From Klebsormidium nitens (taxonomy: Eukaryota > Plantae > Klebsormidiophyceae), in the NCBI GenBank assembly GCA_000708835.1, contig DF237054.1:135501-199500 (forward strand): a DNA stretch of 64,000 nucleotides, written 5' to 3'. Both the position numbers and the translations under genes were made by a program. The notes beneath the pieces were generated by a model. The model was not told where the DNA came from. It ran no database searches and saw nothing but the letters and a program-made list of their open reading frames with translations. Below, piece after piece: positions 58,278 through 64,000 of the stretch. How positions within the stretch are numbered: position 1 is the first letter of the stretch; each line of letters starts with the position of its first letter.

Positions 58278-61200
58278 CTAGTGTAAGTAGACAGCATAGG
58301 TATCAAAGAAGTAAACGGGATCAAAGATTAGAAGGTTCGTGAACGTAACTTGGTCCTGATGGTACCTATCAGCAGCAACTTTCACTTCGCAAACAGGAAA
58401 AACAGACAAAAAATAACGTCATGATTTCGATGCGTTACCGCTGGATGGAGGCGATCACGTGCGCCTTTGCTTCCGGACCCAGCCCGCCAAAGGCGAGGAG
58501 TTCTGTCTCCACCGGATCTGCGCAGAAGTCGACCAGCTGCCTGCAATGCCGGCAGCCGCAATCGCAGTCCACACGCGCCGCCCAATCGCGCGCCCCCAGC
58601 GGAGGTTCGCTGCAGCGCTTTTCGAGCGCTTCGAGACAGCCTTGGCACAGCTCCATGAACCAGGCGGGCGTTGCCTCTTTGCGTTCTTTGAGCCAGGCCC
58701 GGAGCTCCGTTAGAGTCGGCACGAGAGTCTTCTCTAGGTCATAGAGCCGCGGATGGGCCACGAAATGCGCGACCAAACTCTTCAAAGCCTCGCCGTCGAA
58801 GCCCCAGCAGTGCAGCGCTGCCAGCAGCCGGGGATGGAGTAATTGTGGTAAGGAGAGCGCTCCTCCGGGCGGGTCGACTCGTTTTCGCCGAGCAACAGTG
58901 CGACCAATTTGCCGGACAACTTTTGGCCGATGTCCGCAGCCAAAGAAGCGGCGTGTCCGGATAGGACCTCGTGCCGTCCTGTCGAGGCGCTGGGCATCTG
59001 AACGTCTGGATGCAGCAGTTGCACCGCCTCGAAGAAAGCCCTGATCGCCGATGAGGAACACTTAAGGCTTGGTCCGATGAGGCAGTCGATCGCGGGCGTC
59101 CAGGGTGTCCACCCAAAGCGATCCAGGACTTGTTGGAAGTAGTCCTCGGACAAGAGGTCTATCAGACGAGTCAGTCCGTAAGATCCTTCCGACCACTTCG
59201 AGCACACGGCACTGACCACTGCTGCCAAGGCCTCGCCGCTCACAGCCAATCTCTCTTGCTCGTCTCTGAGGGTTTCTCCGTTTCCTTGACTTTGCCCGGC
59301 ACTGGCGGACAGCTCCCGTTCATCTTTCTTAGTCGAGAGCTCTTTTGTCGTGTTTGTCTGCTCTTCTGAAACGGTGTTGCTTATCTGAAGCAGCACCTGG
59401 AAGCAATCCTTCCGTGCATACTCATTGCCGGCGAACTCTCGAACCAGCCAGTCGATGAAAGCCGGCGCCAGGGCTCTCCAACCGAAGCGGGCCGCGAGAT
59501 GCTCCACAAAGCAGCGATTGTTGAAGCTCCGTGGGCCGTAGTACTCTCGGATGAACACCTGTGCAACAAGAACTGAGAGATAAGAGCTAAATTTGATGAT
59601 GTTCCAGAGTTACAGCTAGTAGCAATTCGTCTGAATCTTGGGGTATGCTACTCGCTCAGGACTAGCTCAATCGTATGCTTTGGGTTTCTGACTTTTTTCT
59701 TCCACTTTTTGTTTCAAGATCAGAAGTGAAGAGATTGGCTCTAACCCATTTTGAGACCTTGAAGCATAGGTTGCCTCACCTTTGCAAGATCCACATAGCC
59801 GTGTTTTGCTATCAGCCCTGCGACGGTAGGCTTTAAGAATTGGAGAAGCGCCAGGTCGGGGCGCAGAGCTCTTAGAAGGCGCGATCGGCAAGTCTTCGAC
59901 AGCGTATACGTGTCCGTGCTCAAGAATCAGTGTTGCCACCGTCGTTGCCTGCCCGGGTGTTAGGTGCCCCCCGGACAAGCAGGCGGCTTCCAGAATGCGC
60001 GGCAAAGCCGCCACGGTGTAGGAGAGAAAACAAGATTCTTGCAAATACGAGAAGCACAACACTTAAAGACGTCGTCTTTTCAGCGACATATAGCTGATAT
60101 GCATTGGATGCCTGTTCCTGCGCTGCTACTTTACCGGGGTGCTTGCGAGTGACCGCGAAAACAAAAACTCTTCAACTTCCACAACGCCCCCTTCAAAAGA
60201 AGCTGCCACTGACGACTGCAGTGCTTGTCTTCTGCTGATTGGCTAGGGGTATCACTTCGTTCGCCTCCCCTCAGTAAGCAGGAGCCTGGAATGTAGAACC
60301 TTTTGACAATCTCCAAAGAAGTCTATGTTGCTGAGCTTCCGGTGGTCTCACCTTCAAAACCGTTTCTGGGTCGTTGGTGCAAGCTATCTCCCAATGCCTG
60401 GCGTGCGGCCAGATCACGAGAGCAGCATGGTGGTACCAGCGCTCTTCCACCATCCCTTCGTTCCGGGTAAAGCGCTCATCTTCTTTTTGCCACTCCCGGC
60501 CGTCGAGAGCCGTTTCAGGAATCAGCTCTGCAAATAGAAGCGGTCATGAAGAGCTTTTACTAGGACGGTCCAAGAGCCGTATCCTACGATAACCCGATGA
60601 GAAGCACGTGAGCCTCATCGTAAGGTTTGGATTCCCCTTGTGACGCTTTGGCTCTCCGTTTGGAGAGTTAGACGGTCACCAGGCGCGGGGTTCTTAGCAA
60701 ACGGGTTTAGATTGCCGTGGGGAGAAGTTTTCTGCTTCTTTATCAGTCTAGATCACCACCAAGGTCTTGAAATTTTTATGAAGGCGATCATTGAGCTCTG
60801 TGGCATGATAACTTACCCTCCCTCTCAACTTCAATTCTTTTGTAGGCGCCTGAATATCCATGTAGTTTGTAGATGTTGCTCAGGGAATATGAGGTGCGGA
60901 ATTCGGTATCTCCAAGGTCCACGTTCCGCTCTTCGAACTTCTGTAGCATTCCTAGGAAGATGTGGACGGCAGGGGCGTTGCAGGTCTGCACACAAGTGGC
61001 ACAAATGAAGATCTTGAAGCACGAATAGCATTTGTAATCCTCCTAAATTGCACAAGCGGGCCTCTCGTCAGCTATTGCGCAAGCCTGGATACGCGTTGAC
61101 AGCTTCGGATGCGTCGCAATCTCTGAGCAGAATGAGGTTGCATCCCCAGTTGCTACAGAACCAAGTAAAATAGGTTGCTCCAAGCCTCTTTGTTGCGCAT

Positions 61201-61425
61201 CCTACCTTAGCTGCTTGGAGGAAGACCTCGACGGTCGCTATGTCCTTCCCACGAAGCGTGTCATATGACAAGCTGTCTTGAGTGTACTGGTGTTTCAAAG
61301 GAATCACCAGTTTCTTCCTCCCTTCACTATCTTGGTTCCATCGCTTGATGGCATCGGCGACTTTTGCGGTAGCTTCCGTGTTGTCGGCAGGGCCTTGGAT
61401 CCGATTGCGATCTTCTCGAATTGAC
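58278..61425 (-). pseudogene. Spliced, frameshifted C-terminal part of a 2OG-Fe(II) oxygenase-family protein of the bacterial/fungal type
   Basis: Exon translations show motifs I recall from that family: KKLVIPLKHQYTQDSLSYDTLRGKD, FTRNEGMVEERWYHHAALVIWP, DWAARVDCDCGCRHCRQLVDFCADP. Protein-like sequence switches frame without splice sites near 58830-58860, and probably near 59860-59920. The N-terminal catalytic domain is not in the window. Confidence 0.65.
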
Positions 61426-61458
61426 CTTTGCGTGAGTTATTTGATGTTCTCCAGATTT

Positions 61459-62349
61459 CTAGCTCTGTATCGCTGCTCTCATTCTACGGATTAGTGAAAC
61501 CGCCTCCTGAAGACATTCCCGTTGGCGCGTCATCACGTAGGCAATCTGCAGATGTGCTACGCGTTGCTGTTCTCCTTCCGAGATGAACAACGGGTCTATG
61601 TTGCCTAGACGCGTCATGCTGGCCAGCATACAAAACTGCTGATGCTCATCGATCCTCCTCTGCACAATTCTGATGCCTCCGTGCCCTCCATTGATGTAGT
61701 CTCGAGCGTAGTGCTCGACGAATCGGAACGCTAAGAGATTCGTCGGACAATACGCCCGCTGTACGAGGATGCTGACACTCCTACGTCGCTGCAAGCGACG
61801 GTCCCTCTTGCATGCTTCTCTCTGAAGCACAGCTTCCATCTTAGCCAAGAGATTCTTTCTCCCGTATCGAAGCATGGACGACTAAAGAACGTCTACGAAG
61901 CGGTAGTAGTGTTCACCGCGAGAGTTCTTAATCACCTCGATTCGCTTCAGATCTTCTGTAGTGAGAAAGTAGCGTTTGCGAGCCAGCGCAGCTCGCATGA
62001 GTGCCGTCTTGCGTTCGAATAAGCTATTAACCGTGTCGAAGTTGAAGCGGATATGCCACCTCCCTTCATCGTCCTCGAAGTACCCGTATATGCAAGAAGA
62101 CTCAAGATCCTCTCGCTTCTTCGAATCCATTCCCCTTTCGTCCAGGATCTCAGACGAGATCCTTGCGCTCTCTCCCTCGCATCTCTTCGAATATCTGGCC
62201 ATTTTAGTGGGCCACAGGTAGTCAACGGCCTGTTGGTGACTCGTTGACGTACATGCAAGAGCTGTCAGGGAGGCCGCGTCTATATCCGAGTGCGACTCCA
62301 ACAGATTCACCAGATTGTGAGCACCCAGAGTCTCGATAGGAGCTGCCAT
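61459..62349 (-). pseudogene. Intronless ~296-codon F-box-like / XPA-like-domain ORF interrupted by one in-frame TAG
   Basis: ORFs 61882-62349 and 61459-61875 are in the same frame, separated by TAG at 61882-61884. The N-terminus is F-box-like (LVNLLESHSDIDAASLTALACTS). The middle segment ARKRYFLTTEDLKRI..KN....YYRFVDVL*SSMLRYG resembles the XPA-like DNA-binding fold pattern (inference). Confidence 0.55.
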
Positions 62350-62513
62350 TCTCGTCGTGAAGCGTTTGGTCCCTCCGTTGCTCGACCTTCCTCCTAAGCC
62401 GGGTGACCATCTGATTCTCGTACCCCATGAACATGGTATTCAGTTTCGGCTCTGCACATGTGACGTGGCATCTGAGTTTCGAAATTTTTCATTAGTACTT
62501 GGTAGATACATTC

Positions 62514-63938
62514 ATGTCGGCGCGTACCTGGGATGGCAGCAGTTCTGCTGTCATGGGAACTTCCGGCTACGACAACAACAAGCCGTATGGACCGTTGACC
62601 TGTCCTGGGGGATACTACGTTTCGAAGGTGGAAGGGAACTCCTGGGATGGCAACGTCGGCTACATATCTTCCATCACTTGCACCAACTACCTGGATCCGA
62701 CCAAGACGATAAAGATTGACGGAGCCATAGGGTATCCCAATCAGGGAGCCAGTCAGTCCTTCGATTGCGGCCCGAGGGGAATGACGGGTGTGCTCTATAG
62801 CGCTGGTACCATCTTGGACAGCATGTACCCCATTTGTGGTCTCGACAAAGACGCCTGGATGAAGTTCGATCAGAAGACTAACAGGTTGATAGGCGCCGAC
62901 CCCAATTGGCCGCACATCGGTAATCCGAGCTCCACATTGGCCCCCCAATGGTGCCAACTGTCAGGGAAACCGGCCGGAGTCAACGCTTTCGTGACCGGGC
63001 TCAGAGGGCAGAATTCCAGCAAGTATGGAGGTCGGATAACCAGTGCCAACTTCACGTGCAAGGACTTCACGGACATCGACGCCGTCAAGAAAAGCCCCGA
63101 CCGCATGGCAGACGTCTGCAATCAGGTCGATCCGCTGACTCCAGAACTAGCAGGTGCGATCTCGTGCCCTTCCTACATGAGGAGCTATTGTTCGGGTCTA
63201 AACGCGTGGAGTTCCAAGTGCAGCGACTATTACGGTAAGAATCCAGGCTTAACGGTGGATGTGGACGACAATAAGTTTGCTTTCTGTACGCAGGGCGACA
63301 ACTACAAGGATCCAAAGTGTCTCTCGTTCTGCGATTGGCAGGGGGCAGGGAGCGGAGATCCGGATGCGCGTCCGGCTTACAAGGGTAGATGCAACGACCA
63401 TTATGCGAGGGTCTGCAAGGGACAGTCCTCGGACCTCTGCTCCTGCTTGAACAGACCGAACCTCGAGGACTGGGCTGGGACGGAAGGTTATGCAGGCATC
63501 GCTGCGGCGGTGACCTCATCGAAGGGAGCTTCCACGAAGCCACAGTGCTACTTCAAGGCGTGTCGCGATAACGGATACAAGATCTTTGCCAATCAGACGC
63601 CGAGCGTGAATTGCCCGACGTGCCTCAACTCCGTGAACGTGTCCGCTCAGTATCAGGCGGCGGCGTCCGTAGGCGACGTGGTGCAGCAGTGCGGTGCTTC
63701 CGGAGGGGGTGGTGGGACCTCGGACGCCAACAAGAGTTCTACCGCCCAGACCACGAGCACCAGCACGAGTATGATTCAGGACATGAGGACGAAGGCCGCT
63801 GCTCTGCCTCCGTGGCAGCTGTGGGGTATCGTCGCTCTGCTGGTGCTGCTCGTCGCATTCGCTTTTTGGTACTTCACGAGTGGTTCTGCAGAAGAGGATG
63901 GCACGGACTATGACAGACTTTCGTCTCGACTGCCTTGA
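62514..63938 (+). CDS. Intronless 474-aa membrane protein: beta-prism (jacalin/VMO-I-like) domain, poxvirus A16/G9/J5-like Cys-rich domain, C-terminal TM helix
   Basis: First ATG at 62514. Three C..G...V.g..G....I.s...C repeats in the N-terminal ~190 aa. The Cys array ends CSCL...PQCYFKACRDNGYK...CPTCLNSVNV...VVQQCG, the spacing typical of NCLDV entry-fusion A16/G9/J5 proteins. S/T/G linker, TM segment WQLWGIVALLVLLVAFAFWYF, short acidic tail. Confidence 0.75.
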   Translation: MSARTWDGSSSAVMGTSGYDNNKPYGPLTCPGGYYVSKVEGNSWDGNVGYISSITCTNYLDPTKTIKIDGAIGYPNQGASQSFDCGPRGMTGVLYSAGTILDSMYPICGLDKDAWMKFDQKTNRLIGADPNWPHIGNPSSTLAPQWCQLSGKPAGVNAFVTGLRGQNSSKYGGRITSANFTCKDFTDIDAVKKSPDRMADVCNQVDPLTPELAGAISCPSYMRSYCSGLNAWSSKCSDYYGKNPGLTVDVDDNKFAFCTQGDNYKDPKCLSFCDWQGAGSGDPDARPAYKGRCNDHYARVCKGQSSDLCSCLNRPNLEDWAGTEGYAGIAAAVTSSKGASTKPQCYFKACRDNGYKIFANQTPSVNCPTCLNSVNVSAQYQAAASVGDVVQQCGASGGGGGTSDANKSSTAQTTSTSTSMIQDMRTKAAALPPWQLWGIVALLVLLVAFAFWYFTSGSAEEDGTDYDRLSSRLP

Positions 63939-64000
63939 CATGCTCCTATCCTATTTGCAGCGGCTATAATGTCTCTTCTGAAGGGTTCATTTATCTGCTC

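Noticed and set aside
62470-62560. Mimivirus-type AAAATTGA promoter and N-myristoylation signal for the viral-like gene
   Set aside because: The AT-rich word (gaaatttttcatt) does not match the motif. The first ATG gives MSART, and the internal MGTSGY lacks the usual Ser/Thr at position 6.

Overview
Intron-rich, moderately GC-rich eukaryotic genomic DNA. The plant-type DBP5/LOS4 and NOC1 sequences and the codon style suggest a streptophyte alga such as Klebsormidium (inference, not checked). Contents in order: (1) 1-4.8 kb, poorly interpretable sequence with a decayed tandem duplication and one possible coiled-coil exon; (2) a ~30 kb minus-strand locus whose 18 exons I joined by hand into one ~7,650-aa acidic coiled-coil and repeat protein, where 16 of 17 junctions are canonical and phase-consistent and one needs a non-canonical AC acceptor; (3) a small 3-exon plus-strand gene with a duplicated C-x5-G-x3-C-[DE]-G-x-D motif; (4) a head-to-head pair, DEAD-box helicase DBP5/LOS4 (11 exons, minus) and NOC1/MAK21/CEBPZ (12 exons, plus), with introns holding graded, decaying tandem copies of their own splice junctions; (5) an accessory end with a frameshifted 2OG-Fe(II)-oxygenase-family pseudogene lacking its N-terminal part, an intronless F-box-like ORF broken by one stop, and an intact intronless gene resembling the giant-virus (poxvirus A16/G9/J5) entry-fusion protein fused to a beta-prism lectin-like domain. 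The palindrome TGACGTCA (full form GCTGACGTCAGC) is strongly over-represented, and every copy I found is in a coding exon. No rRNA, tRNA, CRISPR array or recognisable transposase was seen. All gene models are manual and lack transcript support.
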